From contig OZ024755.1 of assembly GCA_964016885.1 (NCBI GenBank), forward strand, positions 26,660,001 to 26,724,000: a stretch of 64,000 nucleotides of DNA. The letters are read 5' to 3'. Below, piece after piece: positions 42,740-57,160 of the stretch. Numbering within the stretch: position 1 is the stretch's first letter; every line of letters begins with the position of its first letter. The position numbers were made by a program, and so were the translations under genes. The notes below the pieces were generated by a model that was given only the letters and a program-made list of their open reading frames with translations, had not been told where the DNA came from and searched no databases. The stretch is from Eledone cirrhosa. Its lineage: Eukaryota.

Positions 42740-42975
42740 ACATATGTCTGCTATTTCCAGCATGTCGAGTAGCCCGGTAGAGACTCGAAAGTTATATTGT
42801 TGTTGTTTTGTCTGGGCCAATTTTGATCAAATTGTTCGAGCCTTGACTATTGAATTTTACATTCCCAGCAATATATTTAGAACTATATTATCTAAAATGT
42901 TCTCCATTTTCAAGATGGTATGATGTGATTTGAAGGAGACTTGGTTGCTGTTTCTTATCATTCAGAAAATCATGT
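42740..42975 (+). mobile_element. Decayed dispersed repeat (related pieces at about 11470-11670, 14040-14130 and 4120-4175)
   Basis: Shared ctgctatttc(c/t)agca and gatc...gac(c)tatga-like segments. Confidence 0.35.
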
Positions 42976-43407
42976 AAAGTTTCTGTTATATTCGTGAGAT
43001 GAGCAAGATTGCCATCTATTGACACACAAGCCCGTCACTTGTTTAGATCGGCAAGGATAGACCTTGCAACCATCTCCGTTTATGTTGAGGCTGGGACGTA
43101 AAGGATTCTTAGTGAATATGAATCAAATCATTGCCAGGCTAACTATAATAGAGAAAATATATTACATTCTAGATGGGTATGATATTCCGATAAGTAGGAA
43201 CAGATCAATAATCTTGTCGTTCGTATTCAATCATTTTGCATCCTTTTACTGGCACCAACCTATTGTCTGTGACTATCCATTTTAAATAAACATTCGTTTT
43301 ATATGCGTAACTGTAGTTTTATGTTTTCCTTTGTCTTTTATTGTTGTTTGATTATCTCGTTAATTACATATCTTGTATTTACTTACACATGTAATGGCAT
43401 TTGAGGT

Positions 43408-43882
43408 GTTTATACCATCATAACTTCCGGAGAAAGTTTAAACCATCATAATTTCCGGAGAAAGTTTATATCATCATAACTTCCGGAGAAAGTTTATACC
43501 ATCATAACTTCCGGAGAAAGTTTATACCATCATAACTTCCGGAGAAAGTTTAAACCATCATAATTTCCGGAGAAGTTTATATCATCATAACTTCCGGAGA
43601 AAGTTTATACCATCATAACTTCCGGAGAAAGTTTATACCATCATAACTTCCGGAGAAAGTTTAAACTATCATAACTTCCGGAGAGAGTTTATACCATCAT
43701 AATATCCGGAGAAAGTTTATACCATCATAACTTCCGGAGAAAGTTTAAACCATCATAACTTCCGGTGAAAGTTTATACCATCATAACTTCCGGAGAGAGT
43801 TTATACCATCATAATATCCGGAGAAAGTTTATACCATCATAACTTCCGGAGAAAGTTTATACCATCATAACTTCCGGAGAAA
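43408..43882. repeat. 28-bp minisatellite, about 17 copies
   Basis: Unit gtttataccatcataacttccggagaaa with few variants. Confidence 0.95.
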
Positions 43883-45544
43883 AGCAACCTCCAATTTTGC
43901 CAGAACTACCGCACCATCAACAATATCATCCATGAACAGACTGTGAAAGCTCAGTTACAATGTTTGTTTTAAACACCTCCTAAATGCCAATAAATCCTTT
44001 AAGGACCGTGCTTGGTTCTAATGTATATTGGGTGAAAAATAAACTCCTCCTTAAGTAGAACATCGATCTATTCCTACTAACATGCCCGTGTGATCTGATG
44101 CCTCTTACTGACTCCAAGGTGAACCATATCAATGCAGAATAAGATGTTCTATATAATAACATAACAGCACGTGTGATACGGACTTGAATTCATAAACACT
44201 TGGTTATAGAGTTCGATACATTATCCAATCATGCAGAGTTCATACAAAAGATATGTTTTACAGGAAATATATTTTACAGAAAATATGTTTTATATTTAGA
44301 TCATATGTCATGCGGCATCTGATTTGAAATCTCATATTTTAAGCTAAAATTCCACCTGTGCAATTTAGTGTCTCATTTCTCAATACTTGATAAAATAATC
44401 GCCTTGAAAAAACGCAGACGATTCATTTAATTATTAAGGAAGCAGGTGTGTAAGTTTGATTTCTTCAGAGAAATAGAGTTAATTGGGTGTAGACAATCCT
44501 GGCTGTTGAGGAGGAGAATATTTTTAAAGGAAGTTCATAACTTTTTAAATATAACATAATATTGATCAAAACTACGATAAAACAAAAAAGCTATTTCACT
44601 GCATTGTCTTTGTCATCATTCTGGAAACTAAACGTGTCTCTACCTCTCAGCAACTACCCAACTAGTCAGCTTTGGGAGTATGCACCCAGGTCTAGTCCAA
44701 TGATCCACCAATCTATATTATATGCACATCTTTTAGTCACTCATATAAAAAAAAACAATGAGAAGAGGTGGTTTATCCAGCATATAATATTCCCCGCCGG
44801 ATCATCCAGAAATTGTTTCTTTATCATTTTATTTATCCTTAGCTTATATTTTAATAAAACCTTTTTTTCCGTACACCCTTTCCATATCCACCATTTTTTC
44901 AATATCCTTATTAATTTGACTCAGTATCTATCATCTTTTGGGTGTGATCTTACCAAATTTGGAGAAACTTAACACACCTCTCAATCCAATGATGGTCGCT
45001 CAACAGCTTGCACTTAACTCCTTTGTATTTAGAACTGGACTACTATCCGCAGACTTACACGTACAAACAAGGATAAAAAATACATTTTACAGACCGAATT
45101 CAGAGTGTTGAGCGATTGCGTAATGTGACCATTTAAACTTATCTTGATATCTATTAACAAAAACCGCAGTGGAAAGTAGCAGACCCTTGAACAACCACAT
45201 ACTTTTCGATCATTAAACATATCGAAAGCTTCATAAGCATTTGTATTTAAGCTATGGGTAATGACCGAAAGAAGACGACCGCAAATACAAGAGCCCGAAA
45301 TAATGGTTCCTCCGAAAGTTCTTTGCAGTAACCTTACTCGATAGACTGCGTAACTCGGAGATCAGTGGACACTCTAGGTAGAGCCGCTACTTCTCCCAAG
45401 TAGGCATTCAAGTGCACAGATCCTAACATTACCACCACGTCCTGAGTTAAGCAGAAGTGCTCATCTCAACGACACAACGAAACGGGAAGTTGTATTCAGC
45501 TAATGTTACTGCTGCTGCACTGATCACAAATCACTATTATATGA

Positions 45545-45712
45545 GGGCGGTGAATTGGCAGTATCGGTTGAGGGTCGGACGTTATGTCCCTTTACGGTCT
45601 GAGTTCAAATCCCCTCGAGGTTAACTTTGCCTTTCATCCTTTCGGGGTCGATAAAATAAAGTACCAGTAATGCACAGAGTAATTGCTGGCCTTGTGCCAA
45701 AAGTAGAAACAA
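45545..45712 (+). mobile_element. SINE copy with small internal deletion
   Basis: Family consensus; actattatat duplicated. Confidence 0.85.
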
Positions 45713-47117
45713 CTATTATATAAATATTCAACACCTAATCAATATAAAAATGAAATCTGAAGAAATATTCGGCCACTTATTATTTTCATTCTCCGATGAC
45801 ATGTATTATTTTTGCAAAGATTTTATGTGTCACATCAACTATTATAATCCCAGAAGCAGTGTCGAAAGTTATACTTCCACATATAAAGCCTAACAATACG
45901 AAACTGTCCGAGATTGCCTCCATTGCTTGATCGGTATATTACTAACGATAGCCAATCCTTTATATTTCTCTAGCCACCACAATTGACCCTGCTCTGAATA
46001 TTTACTGAAGTCGAGAATGTTGGAAACAATCTAATCTGATCTTTTGTTACTACTAGCTTTCTTCAGTTGAATCAAGGAATTGATATTTCACATACTAAAT
46101 ATATTCCCGTCTCTCCCGGAAATAATGTTCAGAACTTTCTATATTTTTATATTTACTATTTTGTTCTCACTGTCAGTTTGTAATCTATGAATGTGTGGAG
46201 AAGAACTTTGTTTCTTGAATACCAACTCAATATGTATACTTTCGTTAATTAGCTTTCTCAGTCAATTCACACCTCATATCTTCGTTGTAAACATAAGAAA
46301 GGAATCTCGCTTTTACATTATTTATCATTTTATCCGGAATATCATATTTACTACTTTTTATAACTAAATGTTGTTTTTCTATTTCTTTTTCGGACAACCT
46401 CACACATCCAAAATTCCATCTCCAAAATCACATTGCAATATTTCTACAATCGGAAGAGTTACAACAGCATATGTTAGTGCTTTGGCGAAGTTATTTGGGG
46501 TACACGAACTATTTCTTACGCCCAAAAGTAACAATCACTTCCTTGGAGTTGATTTGAAAACGCTACAAAAATTAACATTTCATAGGATATCCTTTTTGAT
46601 GAAATAATTCATAGGATATCCTTTTTGATTGAAATAATTCCTGTCGAGAGCTACTAATAATCAGAATTCAATATGTGATGTCATTAAGCATTAAAACAAC
46701 TGACATTTTCTATTACAGAAATGTCAGAAATGATCACGTTATAACTATTTTCATGTCAAATATGAACATAATGTGTGGTTCGATAATTTAAAAAGTTATG
46801 GCTATGTGTATAGATACAACAGAACCCTTTTACTACGGAAATGAGCACATCATTGTTAGTGTGTCATCGTTAGCCTATCAAAATTAGAATTGAATGACAA
46901 AGTAATGATGACCAGTAAAAGCAAAGTGGAATTCCCCAATTTAATTGAAATAGCAGGAAATATGTCCAACAAAGTTAATACATTTAAATATTTATGAAGA
47001 AATATAACGGAATATGTGAGCTAAAAGAAACAATTAAGATTTTGTGTTATAACAGTTATGGACAAAATATAATTTAGAGATATATCAGATGAAAGAATGC
47101 TATTTAACTAATGTATT

Positions 47118-47340
47118 GGTACGTGATGGGGCCCACTCACAGCCCCGGCGGACAGAATGGAGAAGGCGTTTCCCCGGAGGACGACAAGTGAGACGCGCTG
47201 GAAAAGCCACGCCAACTCGCGGGGCTCACACCTGCGGCTGGCCAGCTCAGCGCCTATGGTGGTGAGTAAGGAGGTAGCCCTGGGCCCCGAGGACACCAGA
47301 AGTCTCCACTGCCAGGGGTACGACAGCAAGATCAGATCCT
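47118..47340 (+). mobile_element. GC-rich dispersed repeat (probable LINE 5' UTR)
   Basis: Homologous to 17700-18145 and 56520-56590. Confidence 0.5.
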
Positions 47341-48654
47341 GATTAAAAATATATAATTTTAAAAACCCTCATTTTTTTTTTTTTTTTTTTTACAGAGAGA
47401 AATAGCACTCGTGAATCGTATATATTAGATGTTGAAAGTAAGAAATGAGTAATGCCCTTTGAAACGATATGAAATTATGCTCGCATTCTATGTACAAGAC
47501 ATCGAAATAACAACTGTTTTGAGTAAGAAACTGTACAGAAAACTGCCATTCATGAAACTCACCCATAAATTGCTAAAAGGCGCATAATGAAGTAGTTTTG
47601 ATATGAAAGATCTGACATGAAACACGCGATAATCCCACAGCAACAAAACAAGATAGCTTCGCTACTGTTCGCAGATTTAAAAAATCAAGATTAGGCAATA
47701 AAACAGGATGAAAAAACGAAAATAATCTGGAAGGACATGACATGGATGGAATACAAGCATTAGACTAAGAAGTCGTTAAACTTGTTAAAACTTGTTAAAA
47801 AACAAATGTCGCTTACTTAACCAACCGTTTTGAAAACTGATTCACTTCAAAACTCTAGTTTCGTGCTTTGAAAAAGTTTCAACTCCATTCAGCAACTAGG
47901 AGAGATTTCTGAAATAACACATCTCCGCCAAAGCAACCTAAACATTCTGACACTTTGAAACTTACAAGCCAAATATACTTTTAAAAGGGAAAGATGAACA
48001 ATTTCATCACTACATTACATACACTACATACAGATATTAAAAATGGCGGACCACATTATGTAAAATAGAGGAAAAAACTTCCTTATTTGTTATCAAGTTA
48101 TATTTTTATTATCTTTTATACACTAACATTCACTAAACTTCTCACTAAAGCAAACATACGATCTTATCGTCTGCTTTCTAATCGCTGGAATGTAAACAAA
48201 TCAATGTTTATACTTTCTCATTTTTGAGTCATTAGCAAGTCTGTTGAGCATAAAAAATAATTATTTATTTTAGTACTAACCGTACGAATATTTGTTTTAT
48301 AACTACTACATAAATATTATGTGCAATTATTTGATTTTTTTAAAAATAATGGAATATGTAATTTTCCCCAAGCAATTAACTAAATTCTTTGGTATTTTAA
48401 AGTAGTTTAAAAATTAGTTGTCATTACAACTTCTAAATGGTTTGAAGAATTTTGTTCTATTCAGATATAAATCTTATATCAGGAATAAGAAATACATATT
48501 TAACTTAAACTGTGACGCCTGAGGTTTTCATTTTTAATTCAGCATTATCGCTCGCTCTAGTAAATACTGGCTACTCAATTAAATAATTGGCTCACAGATA
48601 TTCTGTTTCATCTATATCTCTAGCTGTATCTTTCTCTCTAACTCTCCCCCCCCC

Positions 48655-48820
<166 letters not shown>

Positions 48821-48821
48821 A

Positions 48822-49214
48822 CCAAAGGTTAAACAAGGTTCATTGATTAATCAATGAATATAGTTTTACAATAGATTAGAAGCACTCAACAGTGAAGTTT
48901 TCTGGAGTTATTAATATTAATTCAAAATATTAATAAATATAGACATTCATGTGATCAAATATATTTTATTATATATATTTCAGAGGTACTGTGCTGTTTC
49001 CTCAGTACGTCCTCATCAGATAAAATAAATTGATGTATGACATACCTCAACTGTGCTGATGGTTCAATTCCAGTCTTGACTGGAATTGAACCATCAGCAC
49101 AGTTGAGGTATGTCTGATGAGGACGTACTGATGAAACAGCACAGTACCTCTGAAATATATATAATAAAATATATTTGATCACATGAATGTCTATATTTAT
49201 TAATATTTTGAATT
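48822..49214. mobile_element. PLE-type near-perfect palindrome plus tail in (TA)n
   Basis: Palindrome 48919-49214 centred at about 49076 with a ~20-bp insertion in the left arm; CTGATGA...GAAAC motif in both arms; tail hairpin at 48884-48908. Confidence 0.75.
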
Positions 49215-50399
49215 TATATATATATATATATATCAATCTATATATCTCTATATTTCTCTCCGTTTCTTCTGCCTTGGTACTTGGTTCTAGATACATAACG
49301 TTTGTTTTAAAGAATATTCTAAGAATATTCCATCGCCATTTTCTGTAAGATTGTTTGCTAAGTTATGTTCCAGATAACTGAGATTATTTTCAAAATGTTT
49401 TGAAAATCATATGCAGTGTCTTCAATTAGAAATTTAGTAACAAATGTGATAAAGGTTTCTGGGATAAAAGGCTTCTGTTGTTTCTCCAAAGTCGCCAATT
49501 GACGACAACTATGAAATCCACGTGATACACTCACGTCTCCCTCTCCGCTTCATCACCATATTATACGCCTTCCAACATTTTGCCATATCTAAATCAACAG
49601 CCCTCATTGATTGTAGTTAATAGAAGTATCCCGCAACGAAATGTTGCAGCTATTTTACATAAAGCAGGTTAGATATGTTACAGACAACGGAAACTGTAAA
49701 ACGAAGAAAACGATGGAAGGTAATATACATTTATTGAATCTGAATTGACGATGTTTTTCATTATTTAGAATGCCGTGCAGACTGTGTGATATCAGAAAGT
49801 TTGGGTTAATACTTTATTTAATATAAGGTACATTTATAAGGTACATTTGAATAGATTTGTTTTAATAATTGTTTTTTTTTTTTGTTGAAGTCTTTCTTTG
49901 TGATATAGATAAGACCAACTTATGCAGAATCATATATTCCGCTGTTAAAAAGAAACAAAGAATCTTCATGGAGAGACCGAATAAGGAAAAGAAACATGAC
50001 TTGAATAACGACAAATCAATTATTGGAACTAATATGAGACAATATTAAAATCAGAGCTAACGGGTAACTATTAGTTATTGATCTCGGATATCTAAGTTTT
50101 TCCACATCACAGAAAGATTAAATATGCTTAGTTTTAAACAATTCAGTTTTGCTATGATGATGTATTTAATTCATTTCTTTTGCAATTTGACACAAGAACA
50201 AGAAAAGTTTATTCTGTATGGAGTAACTAAATATAGAAATATAGGAATATCAATAATATTCACAAATAGATTTGAAATCTTCAACATATTTTTAAACTTC
50301 ATATATTGAATAGCTGATGTTTTCGTAAAATATACGTCTAATATGGAATGAGGAATATGTTTTCATAAACACATCTTTGCTTTATTCCCTGTTGATTAT

Positions 50400-50650
50400 A
50401 GTTGTTGCTTGTAGGTGTTGACAAAAAATTATTTTGTTTTATTTTATATATCTTTATATTTTTATATTGTTATATTTTTATATATTTCTTTATATGTTTA
50501 TATTGTTATATTTTTATATATTTCTTTATTGTTAATTGTTTTTATTATTGTGTATTTTTACTCTATTTTATTGTTAAACTCCATTGCCCCTATCTTTGTA
50601 CTAACCCTCTCTATATGTCAGCCATTGTGACCAATAAATGAAACCATTAT
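50400..50650 (+). mobile_element. 3' UTR fragment of Tx1/L1-like LINE
   Basis: Ends tgtcagccattgtgaccaataaa...attattat, matching the 3' end at 53428-53460. Confidence 0.55.
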
Positions 50651-50678
50651 TATCATCATCGTCATCATCATTATTATT

Positions 50679-50899
50679 AGGGTAGTGGATTGGCAGTATC
50701 GGTAGAGTGCCGGGCACCTTGTTTCGCGGGATAGAGTTGCGGCCCTTTACATTCTGAGTTCATATCCAGCCGAGGTTAGCTTTGCCTTTCATCCTTACAG
50801 GGTCGATAAATAAAGCACCAGTAATGCACTGAGGGCGTATTAATCGACTTCCCCCCCAAAAAAAAAAATTGCTGGCCTTGTGCCTATATAAGAAACCAT
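50679..50899 (+). mobile_element. Long-form SINE
   Basis: Family consensus flanked by (tta)n. Confidence 0.88.
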
Positions 50900-52354
50900 T
50901 ATTATTATTATTGTTGTTGTTGTTGATATTCCTCAACGCAAATCTCTATCGATCTTGTCATTACTTTGCCATTCCTTATTAACAATTCTTTGTTTCCAAA
51001 GACATTGTTTTCAGCCTATATGGAAATGAAGAAGTACAAAAGAAGAAACAACCATTTCTTATAATTATCTTAGACACCACTTTCTAGTTAAGCTTTTTCT
51101 TTTCTTGAAACCTATAATAAAAATCAGTCATTTTAGAAGACGGCTTCCGTTATTATTCTAAATTACTGAAACAAGGATATATAATTCAATTTAGCCGTAA
51201 GTGTTGTAGGACCGAAGCACTGGTCATTATTACGACATAGTTATAATGAAGGTCTTAGTACTTTCATAATTGGAAAGCTGTCACGTAACTATGTTCTCTT
51301 GTAAATAAATTTCTCTGGAAATCCTTGCAAATTAATGTGGACAGTAGAAATGTTCAGCAATATTGACTTAATTTGAATTAATTTTCAGAACTATTTTAGA
51401 GAATATATATTCTTCAGTTTACGTAGAGTAACGTCAACTAATATACCATTACATCTGTATGGATACATGTATATTTTCGTTTATAAATATGTATAGCCCA
51501 ATATAAGAATATCTAGATATATACTCGTGAATGTGTATTGTCGATACATATTCAATTAAGATTGTCCTCTCAACAAATATCTAATATGACTTTCAGTGCA
51601 ATGACATTTGAAGATAAACTCCCGGTTACCGATGAACTGTATTATATATCTAGTTTAAACTCCTCACATCATCAATTCATTGACGTCATTAATGCACCCG
51701 AATGAAAGCGATTAGTGTCTTGTTTTAAAATGTCCATTTTAGAATGCTTCAAACCTATTAAATTAAGAGGTAAGCTTGTGGCTCACAGAATTCATGGCTA
51801 GATTTCGATTATGTTATTACCTGGAGTTTATTCACTTTATATCGCTCATAATACAGAATGACATGGCAATCACACAAATCCCACTCTCTTAGGCTGTATA
51901 GGTGTAACTTTGTACTTAAATGGGACATCAAAGTTAATTGTCCAATGTTAATTTAATAGAAGCATTTGTATAATTAAATTTATGCAAGCGCATTTGAAGT
52001 ATTGGATCGTCAAGTATGAAATTTATTAAAAAACATATGACCATATGCCTCACTACAAATTTCATACTTGACGACGACCCAATAGAAATTATATTCCAGA
52101 CAATTTCACGACTACGTTATTTTATCAAGAAAAGTTAAGTGACTGAAAAAATCTTGCTTGCGATCTGGTTTTGATTGCCTTTTTGAACCATTTCAGTTCA
52201 TTTACGTCACTAACAATCTTGTGAACGATGCAATCTTTACAACACATATGAATTTGCTATTACATAAAAAATACTTATTACTGAATCATTCCATTGCATG
52301 ATTCTGCAGTAACTGCGGCAAAATGCTTCTTGTTTTTACTATGAGTCATCTTGG

Positions 52355-53457
52355 AAGCAGGGTCGCCTGCTCAACGACCTCAAGTCACTAAACATAGATG
52401 TGGTGGCCATCAGCGAGATCAGAATCTCCGAAGCACGAGCCTTCGCACCGATCTTCGGCGGCTACGATGTATACGCATCTCCCAGCTGTCCAGGGTCGGG
52501 GGAGGAGTTGCCGTGCTTTTTCGGAGAGGCTTAGATCTCGCCATACGGGCCATCCTCCTGGACCCAGAAGGCAAGTAGGTGGTGCTGGACGTGACCAGCA
52601 GCGAAGGCAATGCTTTCAGGCTTGTAGCCGTCTACGCCCCAACAGGGGCAGGACGGCCAGATTTCTTCAGACGTCTAGAGATCTTTCTTGGAACGTCCTG
52701 CTCTTTAGTGTTAGTGGGCGACTGGAACGGTATTTTAGATGAACGCTGGGATTATGTGGGGCCAGTAGAGAGGGCAGAAGGGTGTAAAAGCTTCAACAAC
52801 CTGCTCAGACGTTTTGAACTGTCTGAAAGGTATAGACTGGATTATCCGAATGTGCCAATGTGGACATGGGCAAACCGCATCGGGTCATCCAGATCGTATT
52901 TAGATGGGTATTCTGTAGGGAAACAGTTTTCATCTGCCTGGTGGCCATGGCGAAAGAGATTGTGTGGTGAACAAGGTTGAAAGGGTTGAAGACGGACACT
53001 TTCCTCTCCGGCCAATCCCTGATTAACTTTTTCAAGTTTCACTTGAAGAGGAAAATCAGGGTGGAGAGGCAAATGCTGCCTTCTAGCAAGTTTGTTGAAA
53101 GGTGGGTGAATGTAGCAAGAATGGTCCGAGTGAACGGGACCACTCTGAATATACGTCTGTAGTTTGAGAGATGGAAAAATTGAGAGAGGGCACTTGCCCT
53201 AGTGGTCAGGGTGGTCGTGGTCTTTTGTGTGGTTTTCGCCACGAGTAACCCTCGGAGGGTTTCTCCCTATTGGGGAATTTTCATTGTTTCAATTTTCATT
53301 TTTATTGTTTATATATATATATATGTTTCTATGTCCTTTTTTCCTTTTCTTATATAAATAATAAAAATATTTACACGCACAAAACCCACATCCTACCGTC
53401 CTGTTCCGTCTGTAATGTTTTTCTTGATGTCAGCCCTTGTGGCCAATAAAGAAATCC
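52355..53457 (+). mobile_element. Internally deleted Tx1/L1-clade LINE (APE endonuclease joined to ORF2 end and 3' UTR)
   Basis: DVVAISE...GGGVAVLFR...FRLVAVYAP...LVGDWNGILD...WTW...SYLD endonuclease motifs with stop/frameshift; AATAAA then (tta)n. Confidence 0.85.
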
Positions 53458-53459
53458 TT

Positions 53460-54320
53460 ATTATTATTATTATTATTGGATTCTCAGTAATTGATGTTAT
53501 TTAACTGGAAAGTTTGTTGAAATGACTATCAAGCCGCTACCTGCAGCCTCAGATATTCAGGACGTACGGAGGGTTCTTGCTGTTCCCAGCAAGCATGCCT
53601 TTTGAAGTGTTCCTTGAAAGCTCTTCGAGATAGTATCCAGTGCACCTATGATGGTCGGGACGACCTTGATCTCATGACAGTCCCATATCCTTTTTAATTC
53701 CCACTTTCAATCTTGGTATCGGTTAATTTTCTCCTTTTCCTTTTCTTGCACTCTTTTGTCAAACGGGCAGGCTACATCTACAATCAGGCACGATCTTTTC
53801 CCTTGTCAAAAGCCACAATGTCAGGCCTATTGTGTTCTAATTTCTTGTCTGTCTGTATCCTGAAATCTCATAGCACCTTCACTCGCTCGTTTTCTACTCC
53901 CGACTCTGGCTTATGCTGATACCACTTCTCGGAATGTAGTTTGCATAAATGCCAGTGAATCACCTTTCCTATTATATCGTGCCTCTAACCTTTATAGTGA
54001 GTCTGGGCTAGGTGTTTACACTCGGATACGATGTGAGCCACAGTTACCTCTCTCTCTCTCTCTCTCTCTCTCTCCACAGATCCCACAGAGTGGGCCTCTT
54101 CCTTGTCAATATGGTGTTTAACCCACGTCATTCTGAGGGTTTGCTCTTGTGCGGCCATTAGCATTCCTTCTGTAGCTTTTATAAGGTCTCTTCTTTTCAA
54201 TCAGTTCCATTCATGTTGATCTCTGAATTCCGTTTTCTTAAAAAAGGTGCTATGAAGGATTTTTCATCAAGGTTGCTCTTCCTCTTTGTTGTTACTTCCT
54301 CCTTGGATATCCCCTGTTAT
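53460..54320 (-). mobile_element. Dong/R4-clade LINE 3' part with restriction-like endonuclease, decayed
   Basis: TEGMLMAAQEQTLR...HIVSEC...RHD...HNRPDIV...DVACP motifs; (TAA)n tail; partial duplicate at 54335-54555. Confidence 0.85.
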
Positions 54321-54438
54321 AATTATTATTTGTTTGTATAAATGCCAGTGAATCACATTTCCTATTATATCGTGCCCCCATCCTTTATAGTGAGGCTAGG
54401 TGTTTACACTCGGATGCGATGTGAGCCACAGTTTCCCC

Positions 54439-54519
<81 letters not shown>

Positions 54520-55116
54520 CACAGATCTTACAGACTGGGCTAGCCTCCTTCTTGTTATGTTGTTGATGATGTGACTACTGCTCTGCAAATAATATTCTTG
54601 CTGCTATTTCCACTAAGGCCAGCATTCCTCCTTTAACGTTCAATCGTCTTTGGCGACAAATTAATTCAGATAGTCTGAAAAGAAATAGTATGCCGCACAT
54701 CAAAGCATCTATCGATTTTTTTCCTGGAGGAGTGAGCAATGTTCGGTCTGGGTAGATGTTACGTACAATATAAGATTATTTGAGCTGGAGAAAATGCTAG
54801 GAGTGCTTTAATAATGTTTCGTTTAAACACAACAGTGCAATGGATAATATGTTTTGTTACTCAGTGTGTTGTAATAATCCAAAGTGGCTATATTAAAACA
54901 CCCCTAAAATTTCTCCTGTAGTTTTATTATTCCCACAAGGATGAGCTAGGATATATTTTCTTTTTAATAAAAGCTACTACAGCTAAGAGTGAATTCCATT
55001 AATGAAAAGAGATGCAACTTCGTTGTTCGCAGTCAAAGTAACTTCCAGACTATACCATGACAAAAGTATGTTCATTCTTGATTCAGTTAGCATTTAAATT
55101 AATTAGGTTATTGTTA

Positions 55117-55161
<45 letters not shown>

Positions 55162-57160
55162 TTGTTGTTGTTGTTCTTCGTCTTCTTCTTCTTCTAATTT
55201 GGTTTATCATGTTAGATAAAGGTGTTACTGCCAAGCAAGATTGAAGAAAGGAGAGGGAGTCATCTTGTAATATTATTTATATCTTATGGAAACTAGTTAT
55301 ATTTTTATAATCTCTTCCTCAGATTTCATCATCAGAATTCATCATCAGAATATTCTTTATCTACCGTCTAGTTCTTCGTATAACCTTCTTCTTTTTGCCA
55401 ATAAGTCCTGATGGAATCGTAGATGTTCCGTCTTGACACACGGCATGACTTAAGTATTTTACACCTGGCGGAGCCCATCTTTCTACAGGTAGAAGACAGC
55501 CAATTTTGTTATGCTCAGGCATTTCTTTCTTCTGCGGTTTTCAATTCTTTTCAAAATGCTCGTCCATTCTGGTCCCTTTATTGCACATACTCCACACCAC
55601 AACACCACCAACCCCAACTCCTCTCCCAAATAAAATTATTCTACCTCATTTGCTGTTGGCGCTATTATTAATTTCTATTTCTTGCTTGAGTTTCTAATAA
55701 AATCGTTTTGGGTTGGAGTCCATTAGTTTTGTTCAAAGAATTGCGGTCACATTTCATAATGGTGGATTAGATGCAATTTAACAAGGAGCACTTGTTTTAA
55801 ATGTTCTTTGATTGTGATGACGTTTCAACGTTTTTTTTCTGGTGTATTTCTGTAATGCTTGTCTCTCTTTTTATATTTGTATTTTTCTTTCTTTTTTTTC
55901 CAACTGTACCTTTTCGTTGTTGATTTCATTAAAGATTGTCAGATAATTTCTGCAATTTTCTACCTCCTTCTATTTTTTTTTTTTTTTTACGTTGTTTGCA
56001 TTGCTTTTAGATATTCTACGTTATTTGTGTGACTTTTAGATATTTCTGATTAACTTTCTCCATATTTTATTGTTTTAATGATTTCATTCTCATTGGTAAC
56101 ATTTCCCTTTGTTTATTTTCCCCTAAGTAAGTCTTGAAAATGTTTTCTTTCTTTTTTGTTTGTTCTTTTGTTTTTTGCTTGTTTGTTTGTTGTTTGTTTT
56201 TGGGAGGCTTTTGAGAATGTATTATCTGAAATTAGCTTGCCTGTTATGATCCAACGTTACTTTTAGATCAGGTTTATTTTCCAAACATAGTATCTTTATA
56301 TTATGTTAGACTCACTTAGGTTCTAGTGTATAGTAGAATAAGCATGTAGCATGGAAACTCATTCGTGTCTTGTCTCTTTATATATACTATTTTGTTTGCG
56401 AGATTTGAAGACTAAATCCCGGACCTGTATTTATATTGTTATTGTTTTTATTGATCACCGGCTTATTTGTTATTTCGAGATACGGAGTTGTGAACGCTCT
56501 ATGTTTCGTACATTTCATGCATTTGCCGTCCTCCGAGGAAACGCCTTCTCCATTCTGTCCACTGGGGCTGTAGGTGGGCCCCAATCACGTACAGTTGTAG
56601 TTGTTGTATACAGATATTAACTCATCAATCCCATTGTCCTAATTAATATCGTCACAATAAAAATAATTGAAACCTGTTAAAAAAAAACAACATTTTAATA
56701 CGTATTCTCTTTTTAAAACTGAGTAAAATTACATTTGTATTTGTTTTGTTGTTTTTGTTTTGTTCTTTTTTGTATTATTTTACAAATTTCTTTTTCTTTA
56801 GAGCTGAATGTGCCTGGTATTGATTTGACAACTCTCAGTAAGTGTGTTTATACATGGGGACTAATTGGCAATTAGAGTAACATTTGCAATACATTAACAT
56901 ATATCGGCCAAAAAAGAAAAAAATATATATTTCATTAAAATAAGTTAATTATTTATACAGGTATCCCTCAATAATTTCACCATATGTTTTCGATTTTGTT
57001 GTTATTGTCGTTATTATTTCATCAACGTTGACGAATATTTATCGGAGTAATGATGCAATGATGTCGTTTGACCTTTGACTTTACAGAGTTAATACTAACT
57101 TCTATTATACAACAATTATTATAATCTGTTCATCATAAATTCCTGCCGGTTTATATAGAT

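Noticed and set aside
43408-43882. 28-bp repeat array as CRISPR
   Set aside because: Units are contiguous with no unique spacers, there are no cas genes, and the context is eukaryotic
55380-55720. Possible further Dong/R4 fragment on the minus strand
   Set aside because: Only a faint KRFY-like motif; too decayed to support by eye
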